A stretch of DNA of 64,000 bases from Candidatus Neptunichlamydia sp. (GTDB lineage: Bacteria > Chlamydiota > Chlamydiia > Chlamydiales > Simkaniaceae). This document shows, piece after piece, positions 23,474-32,807 of this stretch (its first letter is position 1; each line of letters begins with the position of its first letter). The stretch covers positions 992,001 through 1,056,000 of the forward strand of contig OZ247587.1 in assembly GCA_965233865.1 (NCBI GenBank), read 5' to 3'. The notes beneath the pieces were generated by a model. It did no database searches. It was not told the origin of the DNA and saw only the letters and a program-made list of their open reading frames with translations. The translations under genes and the position numbers were made by a program.

Positions 23474-24567
23474 AAAACCTCCCCTTCAGGAGTCAATGCC
23501 CCGATCCTCGATAAGAGGGTCTCATAGCGCTCTTCACCAGTGACCACTTCCATTTCTGCTTTCAAATATCCAAGAGGGATCGGAAGTTCTTGATCCATTG
23601 GAAGTTTTACCCAATCTTTTTCAGAACAGATAATGATATCGCATCCTTTTTCAGCACATTTTTGTGCAAAAAGGCTAAGAGCATCACCCGTTGGTCCTAC
23701 ATGGTCAAGGAGGATCCATTTTTCAACAACTGTCCCGCCCATCTCTAAAACGGTATTTACAAAAGAGTCAGGTTTACCAAGGCCGCAGAAAATACCAATC
23801 CTTTGATCTTTTAAATCCCGAAAATGATCGCCACATTGAGTCTCTACTTCTTTTGGAACCATTCGTGTGCCAACAACCGGTGCATCTGTCCACTTTGCAA
23901 CTTCTTTTTCTGCAGCATGGAAATGATTTAAATCATGAACATGATTAACCACGACACAATCAGCCCTCTCGAGCCTTTTGGGAGAATCCCGAAGGTATCC
24001 CCTTGGAAGATAAAAGCCTTTTCCATATAAATCGTCCCCATGGAGCATGACAATTTCAACATCCCGGTAAAGGCTACGATATTGCATTCCATCATCTAAG
24101 AGAATAAGATCTGCTTCATGGTAAACAGCCCGCTCGGCATTAAGCACTCGATCTTTTCCCACAAACAAAACTGCTTCCGGCAATGATTTGAAAAGGAGAT
24201 AGGCTTCGTCGCCACAGACTTCTGGAGTAATTCTAGATTGTTCTACGAGATGAAGGCTTCCACCCACCTTTTCAATTTGAGAACGGTACCCTCGCGAAAG
24301 GATAGAAATTTTTCCAAATTTTTTAAGATCTTTTGCTATGCGTTGAATAAATGCTGTTTTCCCCGTGCCTCCAGCAATGATATTTCCAATGCTAACCACA
24401 GGAACAGTCACTCGCTTCTCTTTAATCCACTGCCTATCAAATGCCATATTGCGAAGCTTGATTCCTATTTCAAAAAAGCCACTCATTGCATAAAGTACTC
24501 CTTTAAGAAAGGCCCCTTTTCGACGTCCCTCAATCACATCAATAATGAATGATTGGGCTGCTGTCAT
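23470..24567 (-). CDS. lpxK: Tetraacyldisaccharide 4'-kinase
   Basis: GNIIAGGTGKT, LSRGY, GDEA, LDDGMQ, LPRGYLR, EKDWVK. Confidence 0.95.
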   Translation of the reverse strand: MTAAQSFIIDVIEGRRKGAFLKGVLYAMSGFFEIGIKLRNMAFDRQWIKEKRVTVPVVSIGNIIAGGTGKTAFIQRIAKDLKKFGKISILSRGYRSQIEKVGGSLHLVEQSRITPEVCGDEAYLLFKSLPEAVLFVGKDRVLNAERAVYHEADLILLDDGMQYRSLYRDVEIVMLHGDDLYGKGFYLPRGYLRDSPKRLERADCVVVNHVHDLNHFHAAEKEVAKWTDAPVVGTRMVPKEVETQCGDHFRDLKDQRIGIFCGLGKPDSFVNTVLEMGGTVVEKWILLDHVGPTGDALSLFAQKCAEKGCDIIICSEKDWVKLPMDQELPIPLGYLKAEMEVVTGEERYETLLSRIGALTPEGEVF

Positions 24568-25178
24568 AGGTTTGCTCCTACACTCTGAATTTCTATTTCC
24601 TCCACAGGAAAGAAAAGCTCCTGCTCCACCATTTCTATGATAATATGGATGGCAGCCATGTGAGCCTCTTGAATGCGATCGGAGTATTCAAATCCTGAGA
24701 CAATCCATTCAAAATCCCCCATTCCTTTGAGGGTTCCACCCGTCTTCCCTAAAAAGGTAATAACCTGAAGATTTTTTTCTTTTGCAACTGTCGTTGCACG
24801 GACTAAATTTTCAGAGTTTCCGCTAGTGCTTAATGCAATAAAAAGATCCCCATGGTTTCCATGGGCTTCAATTCCCCTAGAAAAAATTTCGCTGAATCCC
24901 GTGTCGTTTCCGACACAAGTCAGGTGACCAGGATCAGCAAGGGCTATAGCAGGAAGCGCAGGGCGTTTTTTTCGAAAATATCCTGTTAGCTCTTCTGCAA
25001 AATGCATCGCATCGCATAGGCTTCCTCCATTTCCTGCAATAAGGAGTTTTCCCCCATTTTTAAAGCAGTCAATGATTGCCCAAGCAGCACTTTCAATAAA
25101 CTTTAGCCCTTCTGAAGATCGAAGCGATTCCATCGCTTCAACCCCTTTTTTTACAGATTTCCATATCGCGTCTTGCAA
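24564..25178 (-). CDS. gmhA: Phosphoheptose isomerase
   Basis: GNGGS, HFAEE, STSGNS, IQEAH. Confidence 0.92.
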   Translation of the reverse strand: MQDAIWKSVKKGVEAMESLRSSEGLKFIESAAWAIIDCFKNGGKLLIAGNGGSLCDAMHFAEELTGYFRKKRPALPAIALADPGHLTCVGNDTGFSEIFSRGIEAHGNHGDLFIALSTSGNSENLVRATTVAKEKNLQVITFLGKTGGTLKGMGDFEWIVSGFEYSDRIQEAHMAAIHIIIEMVEQELFFPVEEIEIQSVGANL

Positions 25179-25486
25179 GTTGGCCTCAAATACGTTCTTC
25201 CATTAAGTAAGAAAGTCTAACGCATTCAGAGATAAAAATCTAGTCGAGCTGGATCGCGTTACCTTAAGGTTAGTTATAAAAAGGAGTAAATGTGTTCCTC
25301 AAACCACACCAGGCTTTGAGAAAAAAATTGGTGGTTACAGTCATCCAATCGTAAATAAGCTGTTTAGAGAATGGAAGAATGGCGATTTCAAAATCCTTAA
25401 TAAGGGTATCTGTTACTTGTTGACGGGTATCACATGCATGATTATTTTCAAGATCGAGAAATGAAGAGGAGAAATCGGGTTAAAAG

Positions 25487-25516
25487 AAGAGAAGGCTTTT
25501 AAAAAAGCCTTCTCTT
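25487..25516. terminator. Hairpin terminator after the RRM gene
   Basis: AAGAGAAGGCTTT/AAAGCCTTCTCTT, then CTTTT on the minus strand. Confidence 0.7.
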
Positions 25517-25557
25517 AAGACAGACAAGATAAATTTCTATAGGTAAGTCCTAAGGGG

Positions 25558-25833
25558 TTATCTTGGTCCACCGCCATGAGGCGCACGACGTTGTTGCTCT
25601 TTAGCTTCATTTACAACAAGAGCTCGCCCGTGGAACTCTTTTTCATGAAGATCTTGCATCGCTTTTTCTCCACCTTCACATGATTCCATTTCAACAAAAC
25701 CGAATCCGCGAGACTGTCCAGTTTCTTTGTCTTTAATAATTTTTAGGCTCTTGACTTCACCACATTCTGAAAAAGCAGTATGTAGTTCTTCTTCTGAGCA
25801 TTCACGTGCAATGTTAGCAACAAATAGTTTCAT
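25558..25833 (-). CDS. RRM (RNP-1) RNA-binding protein
   Basis: KLFVANI (RNP2), RGFGFVEM (RNP1), Gly/Arg tail. Confidence 0.93.
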   Translation of the reverse strand: MKLFVANIARECSEEELHTAFSECGEVKSLKIIKDKETGQSRGFGFVEMESCEGGEKAMQDLHEKEFHGRALVVNEAKEQQRRAPHGGGPR

Positions 25834-25848
25834 AGTATCTTCCTATAT

Positions 25849-27063
25849 TTATTCGATCCAGGTGACCGTATGGTACTTGGTTTCATCAATTTGATTTTCT
25901 TTCTTAGCGACGTAAACCGCCGCTACAGCGTCTCCTAGTATATTCACAACCGTTGCAAACATATCTCGAAGACGGTCAATTCCAGCGACTAAGGCTATCC
26001 CTTCCAAGGGAAGACCCATCGCATTTAGTACGATTGAGAGCATCACCAAACCACTTCCTGGAATTCCTGCCGTACCTACGGCAGAGACTAGAGTTGTAAA
26101 CATCAAAATTATGATGTTGGTAAAGCTGACATCGATTCCATATGCTTGAGCAATAAAAATCGCCAGCACAGACTGTCCTATAGCCGTCCCATTCATATTA
26201 ATGGTCGAGCCTAGGGATAGAACAAACCCCGAAATATCCGGAGAAATCCCTAAATGGTCCCGAGCACACTCTAAGTTGACCGGGAGGGTCGCAGAGCTAC
26301 TACTCGTAGTAAACGCCACAATAATAGCATCTTTCATCCCTTTAAAGAAAGGAGCAATCTCAAGCTTTGCTAAATACCTGAGAGAGAGTGTAAAAATAAT
26401 TGAAACTTGCATTAAACAGGCAATAAAAATACATCCAATCGTCCAAAATAGAGGGAGAATGATTTTAGAGCCCAGGGCCCCTACAGCCGTTGCCATCAGA
26501 GCAAAAACCCCATAAGGGGCAAATTTCATCACTACATGGGTCAGTTTTGCCATCACCTCACTAAGGGATTCAATGAACCCAAGAACAGGCTTTGCCTTCT
26601 CCCCTGCTAAGCTAATCGCTAGAGCAAAGAGGATCGCAAACACAATAATCTGTAAAATATTTCCTTCAGCAAAAGCTGCAAAGGGATTTGAAGGGACGAT
26701 GGCAAATAAAAAATCTATTAAGCTGAGGGTGCTATCGCCTCCATGACCACTCGGAATAGGGATTCCTAAGTGCATTCCAGGCCTTACAGTCAAAACAATC
26801 GCTAAGCCAATACAAATCGCTACAATCGTTGTTGCCACATAAAAGAGCACCGTTCGAAGTCCAATTCTCCCTAGCTTCTTAGGATCACTAATATGGCACA
26901 TTCCCACAACAAGCGAAGAAAAGACAATTAAACCCACAAGCATTTTAAGAAGGTCAATAAATGCCTTCCCAACCATCGACAGAATTTCCACCTGCTTGTT
27001 TAAAATCAAGCCAGTGATTACCCCAAGAGCGAGCCCAATTAAAATTTTAAGCCAAGGTTTCAT
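25849..27063 (-). CDS. Dicarboxylate/amino acid:cation symporter, paralog 2
   Basis: Same motifs; highly similar to 22256-23473 over its full length. Confidence 0.93.
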   Translation of the reverse strand: MKPWLKILIGLALGVITGLILNKQVEILSMVGKAFIDLLKMLVGLIVFSSLVVGMCHISDPKKLGRIGLRTVLFYVATTIVAICIGLAIVLTVRPGMHLGIPIPSGHGGDSTLSLIDFLFAIVPSNPFAAFAEGNILQIIVFAILFALAISLAGEKAKPVLGFIESLSEVMAKLTHVVMKFAPYGVFALMATAVGALGSKIILPLFWTIGCIFIACLMQVSIIFTLSLRYLAKLEIAPFFKGMKDAIIVAFTTSSSSATLPVNLECARDHLGISPDISGFVLSLGSTINMNGTAIGQSVLAIFIAQAYGIDVSFTNIIILMFTTLVSAVGTAGIPGSGLVMLSIVLNAMGLPLEGIALVAGIDRLRDMFATVVNILGDAVAAVYVAKKENQIDETKYHTVTWIE

Positions 27064-27289
27064 CGTGATGCGTTACTATATTTGTTCATGATTCATATGT
27101 CCTTTATAAGGTGGAAAAGAGTCTCTAACGAGGACCTGTTGAAAAGATCTCTACAAAGGTATCCAGATTCCTCTGAAAAGTCTCCTTATAAACACCTATT
27201 TGGTGAAAAATGGTAAGCATCTGCCGCTTTCTCCCATTGAAGAATTATAATTTCACTCGAGTATAGCTGATTCTACAAAAAAAATCTAG

Positions 27290-27545
27290 AAAAGGCGCAA
27301 GTAAACGCTTGCGCACTTAAAAAATAACAAGTCATTAGAAACGGCACTGGTAACTTCTCGGGGCAAATCTAAGAGAGTTTGAGTACTCCCTTTCATCCTC
27401 TTTTTAGACCCCTCGGATTTTGACAAAATCCTCAAAGGTAATTGCCTCGCCTGCCCATCCTAATGACTGCACAGAAGCTCCCCCATGCTAGAAGTTGTAG
27501 GCTCACCCAATGGTAGATAACCTCTTTACTTCCTAAAGCTCTGTC
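27290..27545 (-). ncRNA. Candidate structured non-coding RNA (unassigned)
   Basis: Two hand-folded multi-stem domains followed by hairpin GCGCAAG/CTTGCGC and Ts. Confidence 0.4.
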
Positions 27546-27589
27546 TAACTCTTTTATCCTAAGTTGACTTCGAAGTATAAACAGACGTT

Positions 27590-28402
27590 TTAGGCGCGCT
27601 GACGGAGGACTTCATAGAGAAGAAGGGTAGTTGCAGTGGCAACATTTAAGGAGTCAGCTGCGCCGTGCATGGGGATACTGACTTGAATATCTGATTGCTC
27701 CATCCACCTTTTAGAAAGCCCAAACTGTTCGGTCCCTACAGCCACGGCAATGGGGCCGGTCAAATCGGTTTTTGTAAAAGAGGCTGGAGCAGCGGGCGTT
27801 GCTGCTACAGTTTTAATCTTGTGATCTTTTAGCCACTCGATCGCTTCCTCGCTACTGACTTCAACAACGGTCATGGTAAATAGCGTTCCCACGCTTGCAC
27901 GTACAACATTGGGGTTGAAGATATCGGTGCATCGGTCGCATATGAGAAGGGCGTCAACACCTGCTGCATCACATGAGCGGAGAATCGTTCCCAAGTTCCC
28001 TGGTTTTTCAATGGATTCTGCGATCAAAAAAAATGGAGGATGATCTTTTGAAATCTTATAATCGAGATCTTGCAGAGATAGGTGCGTTTGCGTTGCAATA
28101 GCTAAGAGGCCGTCGGGGCGATCGCGATAAGACATCTTTTCAAAGACCACTTTACTCACCTCCATGACTTCGACTCCCTGCCCTCGAATTTTTTCGATCA
28201 ATGCAGATTCATTGGTCCCCAAAAAATGCTCTGGAGAAAAAAATAGCCCGACAAGAGGAATCCCACCTTGAGTGCCGCGCAAAAGCTCGCGGTACCCTTC
28301 AATCAAAAAGGACTGTGAGCGATCTCTTTCTCTTTTATCGCGCAGCTTGACGGCTTGCTTAACTCGCGGATTCTGCAGGCTGGTAATAACCCAACTTTTC
28401 AT
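27590..28402 (-). CDS. TrmH/SpoU-family RNA methyltransferase
   Basis: ITSLQNP, EKPGNLGTILR, GTEQFGL, IPMHGAADSLNVA. Confidence 0.95.
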   Translation of the reverse strand: MKSWVITSLQNPRVKQAVKLRDKRERDRSQSFLIEGYRELLRGTQGGIPLVGLFFSPEHFLGTNESALIEKIRGQGVEVMEVSKVVFEKMSYRDRPDGLLAIATQTHLSLQDLDYKISKDHPPFFLIAESIEKPGNLGTILRSCDAAGVDALLICDRCTDIFNPNVVRASVGTLFTMTVVEVSSEEAIEWLKDHKIKTVAATPAAPASFTKTDLTGPIAVAVGTEQFGLSKRWMEQSDIQVSIPMHGAADSLNVATATTLLLYEVLRQRA

Positions 28403-28512
28403 TTCTTCCGTCCATGTCTTTTAAATTTTTGAGCTCGTGCGGGGTTTGAATCCATAAAGCTCTCCCTCTTGAGCGCCCGTGTGGCTTTTTTCTTGGTTGT
28501 AAATGATAGCAT
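28399..28512 (-). CDS. Small basic protein (37 aa), not in ORF track
   Basis: MLSFTTKKKATRALKRESFMDSNPARAQKFKRHGRKK*; stop overlaps the spoU start (ATGA). Confidence 0.45.
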   Translation of the reverse strand: MLSFTTKKKATRALKRESFMDSNPARAQKFKRHGRKK

Positions 28513-28686
28513 AGTCCTAAAATAATTCTAAGGCATTCCTTTGATCTCTGCTATTTATGCTCACACAGAAGGAGTTAACCTACGCGCCGCAGGACGCTTA
28601 GTAAAGAGGATCGTTCCGACAATAGCATCTTGAAAATCGAAGGTCTATAAGCTGAGTGAGCAGTTAGATTGTGGGGCGTCAGTAAA

Positions 28687-29490
28687 TCAAGAGTAACTAC
28701 ATCCTCTTGAGTAACAGCCAGTTGGGAGTGAATATGAAGTGGTAGAAGGGATGAGCATTTCACCGGAATCTAGAGAGAGATCGGGAAAGTAATCTTCAAG
28801 AAGATACTGGAGTACTTTTGGAGTGAGCCCCGGAGTATGACAGGTGAGGAGAATAAAGGAGGGCTTGGGTTTGAGGACTTGTTTGCAGAGGGAAAGGAGC
28901 TCGGGAAGATCGTTTTCAATTTTAAAAACTTGACCCTGTGCGCCTCGCCCAAAACTGGGGGGATCAAGGAGAAGCCCATCATAAGTTCGATTCCGCTTCA
29001 CTTCTCGCTTCAAAAATTTTAAGGCGTCATCAACGATCCAGCGAACCGATGATTTCTCTAGGTTGTTGAGTTTTGCATTTTCTCGAGCCCAATCGATCAT
29101 TCCTTTAGAAGCATCGAGATGGCAAACGTTGTGTCCTTGCTTTGCTAGGTGAAGGGTTGCAGCGCCAGAATATGCAAACAAATTCAGCACTTCTGAGGGT
29201 TTAGAAAGTTTTTCATCCATCCAATCCCAATGCTGCGCATGCTCAGGGAAAAGGCCAAGATGACCAAAGTCAGTCGGGACGATTTTAAAAGTGAGGTTTT
29301 TGTAATCAAGATTCCACAATTTTGGAATCCCTTTCCAATCTTTTCTTCTCTTAAAGGTCGCGTGCGCTCCTTTCCAAAGTTTGGGTGTTTTTGGCTTCCA
29401 AAGGGCTTGAGGGCAGGGACGCGCAAGGGTGTAGTCCCCAAATTGCTCGAGTTTTTGTTCGTTGCCACTATCGATTAAAGCATAATTCAT
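28687..29490 (-). CDS. Class I SAM-dependent methyltransferase (RlmI/RlmK-like)
   Basis: HLGLFPE, VLNLFAYSG, LDPPSFGRG; start MNYAL overlaps the cinA stop. Confidence 0.9.
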   Translation of the reverse strand: MNYALIDSGNEQKLEQFGDYTLARPCPQALWKPKTPKLWKGAHATFKRRKDWKGIPKLWNLDYKNLTFKIVPTDFGHLGLFPEHAQHWDWMDEKLSKPSEVLNLFAYSGAATLHLAKQGHNVCHLDASKGMIDWARENAKLNNLEKSSVRWIVDDALKFLKREVKRNRTYDGLLLDPPSFGRGAQGQVFKIENDLPELLSLCKQVLKPKPSFILLTCHTPGLTPKVLQYLLEDYFPDLSLDSGEMLIPSTTSYSLPTGCYSRGCSYS

Positions 29491-30710
29491 AAAAAGGGCT
29501 CTATACAATAGTTTAAGTAGCGATAAAGCGAGGCGAGGAGGTAGGTCACAGAATAGTCAATAATGAGCACTCTCTTTCCTACTGAGTGTTTGATAGGAAG
29601 GCGGCCCGTAAATGTTTTTTCGGGAGTAACGATTGCCATCCAAACAGTTCCCACGGGTTTATCGGAAGTTCCCCCAGAGGGCCCCGCAATGCCTGAGGTG
29701 GCCAGGACATAGTCAGCTCCCGTGAGACGCTTTACTCCCCTTGCCATTTTAATCACAACTTCTTGGCTCACCGCCCCGTGGATTTTTAGAGCTTCCGAGG
29801 AAACACCAAGAGCTGATTCTTTGAGGTGGTTGGAGTATGAAACAATGCTTCCTAAAAAGTAATCAGACGATCCTGCATGAGCTGTAAGCGTAGATGCAAT
29901 TTTTCCTCCAGTACACGATTCTCCTGCTGCAAGCGTCTTTTTATTATCGATCATCCATTTGTGGAGAGCGACTTCAATTTTCTTGTTAGATGTGGAATAA
30001 ACATGCATTCGAAATTTTCCGGCAATTTTATCGTGAATAGGGGGAAGGATCTTTGCATCTTCAGCATGAAGGTAAACGGAAAGAACTCCATGACTCGGGC
30101 AAATCCCGATTTGCACCTCAGGATACTCTTTTTCTAAAGTACGCAGGTAAGGATCGACTTGTTGCTCGGAAAGAAGTGCTAGGTAGAGAGTTACAATGGC
30201 ATGTTTCTTCAGTGATTGTTTTTCTAAGTGAGCCACAACGAACCCAAGCATGGATTCCATTTGGGAAGGCACTCCTGGAAGAACCATTGTTGTCGCTTTT
30301 CCTTCGAGAATGAATCCAGGTGCGGTCCCTAGTGTATTTGAAATAATCGTTGCCCCTTTAGGAACCATTGCCTGATCTTTTAATGTGGGGAGATTCAAGC
30401 CGAATCGCTCGATCAAATCAGCAGCGAGCCCCTCATTGTAGAAAAGAGAGGCCCCATAGATTTCAGCAATGATATCGCGCGTCAAATCGTCCCCGGTGGG
30501 GCCAAGCCCTCCAGAGGTAATCAAAAAGGAAGAGCGTTTCATCGCCTCTTCAATCCCTTCTTTCAAAAGAGCGGGGTTATCAGGAAGACAAGTGACACGA
30601 TCCACCGCAAAACCATGGCTCAAAAGCTTTTGAGAAATCACACTAGCATTGGTATTCACTGTATGTCCTGACAATAGTTCATTCCCAATGGAAAGGATTT
30701 CAATGCTCAT
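29487..30710 (-). CDS. cinA: CinA (molybdopterin-binding plus NMN deamidase)
   Basis: IGNELLSG, GGLGPTGDD, GESCTGG, SGIAGP. Confidence 0.93.
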   Translation of the reverse strand: MSIEILSIGNELLSGHTVNTNASVISQKLLSHGFAVDRVTCLPDNPALLKEGIEEAMKRSSFLITSGGLGPTGDDLTRDIIAEIYGASLFYNEGLAADLIERFGLNLPTLKDQAMVPKGATIISNTLGTAPGFILEGKATTMVLPGVPSQMESMLGFVVAHLEKQSLKKHAIVTLYLALLSEQQVDPYLRTLEKEYPEVQIGICPSHGVLSVYLHAEDAKILPPIHDKIAGKFRMHVYSTSNKKIEVALHKWMIDNKKTLAAGESCTGGKIASTLTAHAGSSDYFLGSIVSYSNHLKESALGVSSEALKIHGAVSQEVVIKMARGVKRLTGADYVLATSGIAGPSGGTSDKPVGTVWMAIVTPEKTFTGRLPIKHSVGKRVLIIDYSVTYLLASLYRYLNYCIEPFL

Positions 30711-31390
30711 AATGACAGCCGGAAATGCTCAAGCTGAGGATGGGCTTTTGCCCATCCTTGAGATTGTTTCCCCAAGCGAAAGGTTGCGTTGAGTGGTTTT
30801 CCTTCAACAATAAATGGGGTCGGGGTAGTGTGGGCACGCATCCATTTCGCAAGGATTTGGAAAAGCTGTGTATTGGGATTCTCTTGGTCTTTATAAATTT
30901 CAATAAGGTCGTTATCAATAGAGTTTGAATAGAGCTGAGGATAAGAAAACTGAATCCCCCAAGTCACGGCTTCTTCTGAATGGACCATTGAGTGAAATGC
31001 TTGCTGCTGAGACGAAAAGGTAAAGTGATGAAGACTGAGTTGAATCACAGGTTCCTTTGCTTTGATAATATACTGTCCCTCTCTTGCCTTCATAGCATAG
31101 AGTGCTTGGGAATTTGCTGAAAAAGCAGCTGAAAAATAGGGTTTTAAATATTTTTCATCTGGAATGAGTCCCGCCTTAATCGTTGTAATATAATCAACAT
31201 AGCGGACAAGAAAGTCTTCAGTGGAGATCTTGGCAGATTGAAAGTCGACGAGCTCAGAGACATTGTAGATTGAGAAGGATGGAAGAGAGCTCAGCAGAGA
31301 TTGCATTTCACCAGAGTCTAGAAGAGCCCGGTGGGAAAGCCACTTAGAGGCTTGCAAGTTGCCTTCAACTTTTGGATGGCTGAGTCTCAT
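30707..31390 (-). CDS. Hypothetical protein
   Basis: 227-aa ORF overlapping both neighbours in the operon. Confidence 0.75.
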   Translation of the reverse strand: MRLSHPKVEGNLQASKWLSHRALLDSGEMQSLLSSLPSFSIYNVSELVDFQSAKISTEDFLVRYVDYITTIKAGLIPDEKYLKPYFSAAFSANSQALYAMKAREGQYIIKAKEPVIQLSLHHFTFSSQQQAFHSMVHSEEAVTWGIQFSYPQLYSNSIDNDLIEIYKDQENPNTQLFQILAKWMRAHTTPTPFIVEGKPLNATFRLGKQSQGWAKAHPQLEHFRLSL

Positions 31391-31904
31391 GATTAGGATC
31401 CCTCTTTACTTTTTCAATAAGCGTTTGAACTAGAAGAGCAGCAACGCCAAAGAAGATAAGCATATCAGCTACGTTAAAAACAGGGTAGGAATAGTTCCAA
31501 AAAACAAAGTGGAACATGTCAACAACAGCGCCGTATATAAAGTAATCCACAATATTTGCAGTAGCGCCTACAAGGATCATAACAAAGGGAACCGTTCGCT
31601 TGCGCAGCTTATTAAAAAAAAATGTATAAATAGTAAGCGTCAAGATAATCCCTATGCGAACATTCAAAAGGATCATAGGATAGGAGGAAAAAATTCCCCA
31701 GGCCCCCCCTCTATTGCTCACAAGATTAATACACAAGTCAATCCCAAGAAAGTTTTGAAACACCCCAATCCCTCCGTAAGGGTAAAAGGGAAATACGTAT
31801 TGCATCCTAATAAGGTGATGTTGGACCCAATATTTTGTGAATATATCGAGAGAAAAAAAACAGAGAGCTAGCAGTGTTAAAGTCCAAACTCTCCCCTTTT
31901 TCAT
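31365..31904 (-). CDS. lspA: Lipoprotein signal peptidase
   Basis: DIFTK, NRGGAWG, VVDM, FNVAD. Confidence 0.93.
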   Translation of the reverse strand: MKKGRVWTLTLLALCFFSLDIFTKYWVQHHLIRMQYVFPFYPYGGIGVFQNFLGIDLCINLVSNRGGAWGIFSSYPMILLNVRIGIILTLTIYTFFFNKLRKRTVPFVMILVGATANIVDYFIYGAVVDMFHFVFWNYSYPVFNVADMLIFFGVAALLVQTLIEKVKRDPNHETQPSKS

Positions 31905-31908
31905 CGCG

Positions 31909-32274
31909 TTATAACAGTCCTTTTTCAAACTTTTCTTGCGCGGCGACAGTCATCGTTGCATAAGGAACCGCTTCAAGGCGTTTTACCGGGATATCATCTC
32001 CAGAAAGATCACAAACACCATAGCTGCCCTCTTCAATCTTCTCTAAAGCTCGATCGATTTGACGAATCATTCCTTGCTCTTTAGATGAAACTTCGATGCT
32101 AATTCTTTGGCCAAAATCATCGGTTCCTTCATCAGCTTGATGCTGAGAATACCCTTTTGAAGCATCAGGAGTTTTCACATTATCGGAAACAGCTTTCAAG
32201 GAACATCCTAATTGTTTTTTTATTTCCAAAAGACGGTTTTTAAATGTTTCTATTTCGTTTTTCTTAAGAGGCAT
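31909..32274 (-). CDS. dksA: DksA/TraR-family RNA polymerase-binding factor
   Basis: Coiled coil, IDRALEKIEEGSYGVC, RLEAVPYA. Confidence 0.9.
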   Translation of the reverse strand: MPLKKNEIETFKNRLLEIKKQLGCSLKAVSDNVKTPDASKGYSQHQADEGTDDFGQRISIEVSSKEQGMIRQIDRALEKIEEGSYGVCDLSGDDIPVKRLEAVPYATMTVAAQEKFEKGLL

Positions 32275-32283
32275 TTTAAGATC

Positions 32284-32745
32284 TCACTTTTTTACTTCTT
32301 CTGGAGCAATTGTATGAATCGCGTCCATAATTTCATCTACATCTTTAAACCTACGATAGACACAGGCGAAGCGAATGTATGCCACAGTATCTAGTGCGCG
32401 CAGTTTCTCCATCACCAATTCTCCAAGATTTGTCGCACTGATTTCCCTGACTTGATTTTCCACAAGCTCATTGGCGATCTGAGACGCTAAATCCCTGACT
32501 TGATCATGGCTAATTCTAGTATGGCGGGAGGCGCTGTCAAGCCCTTTGACTAATTTTTGCAAGCTAAAGTCTTCGTAACTTCCATCTCGCTTGAGTACTT
32601 GAAGAGAAATATCAACCGTTTCAAACGTGGTAAAACGTTTATTGCACTGTAAACACTCACGACGACGCCGAATAGCATTAGTTTCGCTCGCGTTCCTAGA
32701 ATCGGTCACCTTTGACTCATCATGTCCACAAAAAGGGCACTTCAT
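32284..32745 (-). CDS. nrdR: Transcriptional repressor NrdR
   Basis: MKCPFC, IRRRREC, RFTTFE, VAYIRFA. Confidence 0.97.
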   Translation of the reverse strand: MKCPFCGHDESKVTDSRNASETNAIRRRRECLQCNKRFTTFETVDISLQVLKRDGSYEDFSLQKLVKGLDSASRHTRISHDQVRDLASQIANELVENQVREISATNLGELVMEKLRALDTVAYIRFACVYRRFKDVDEIMDAIHTIAPEEVKK

Positions 32746-32807
32746 AACCTTTCCACCAAACTATGCGCTTTATACAAATTCCACAATTTCTGGCATAGAA
32801 AAAAATT

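Noticed and set aside
25285..25465. SD plus ATG followed by a frameshifted short frame
   Set aside because: Possibly a decayed small gene, but no recognisable homology
27100..27545. Lysine/glycine/yybP riboswitch or RNase P assignment
   Set aside because: Only isolated words (GAAAGG, GGGAGTA) match; conserved order and GAGGAAAGTCC are absent
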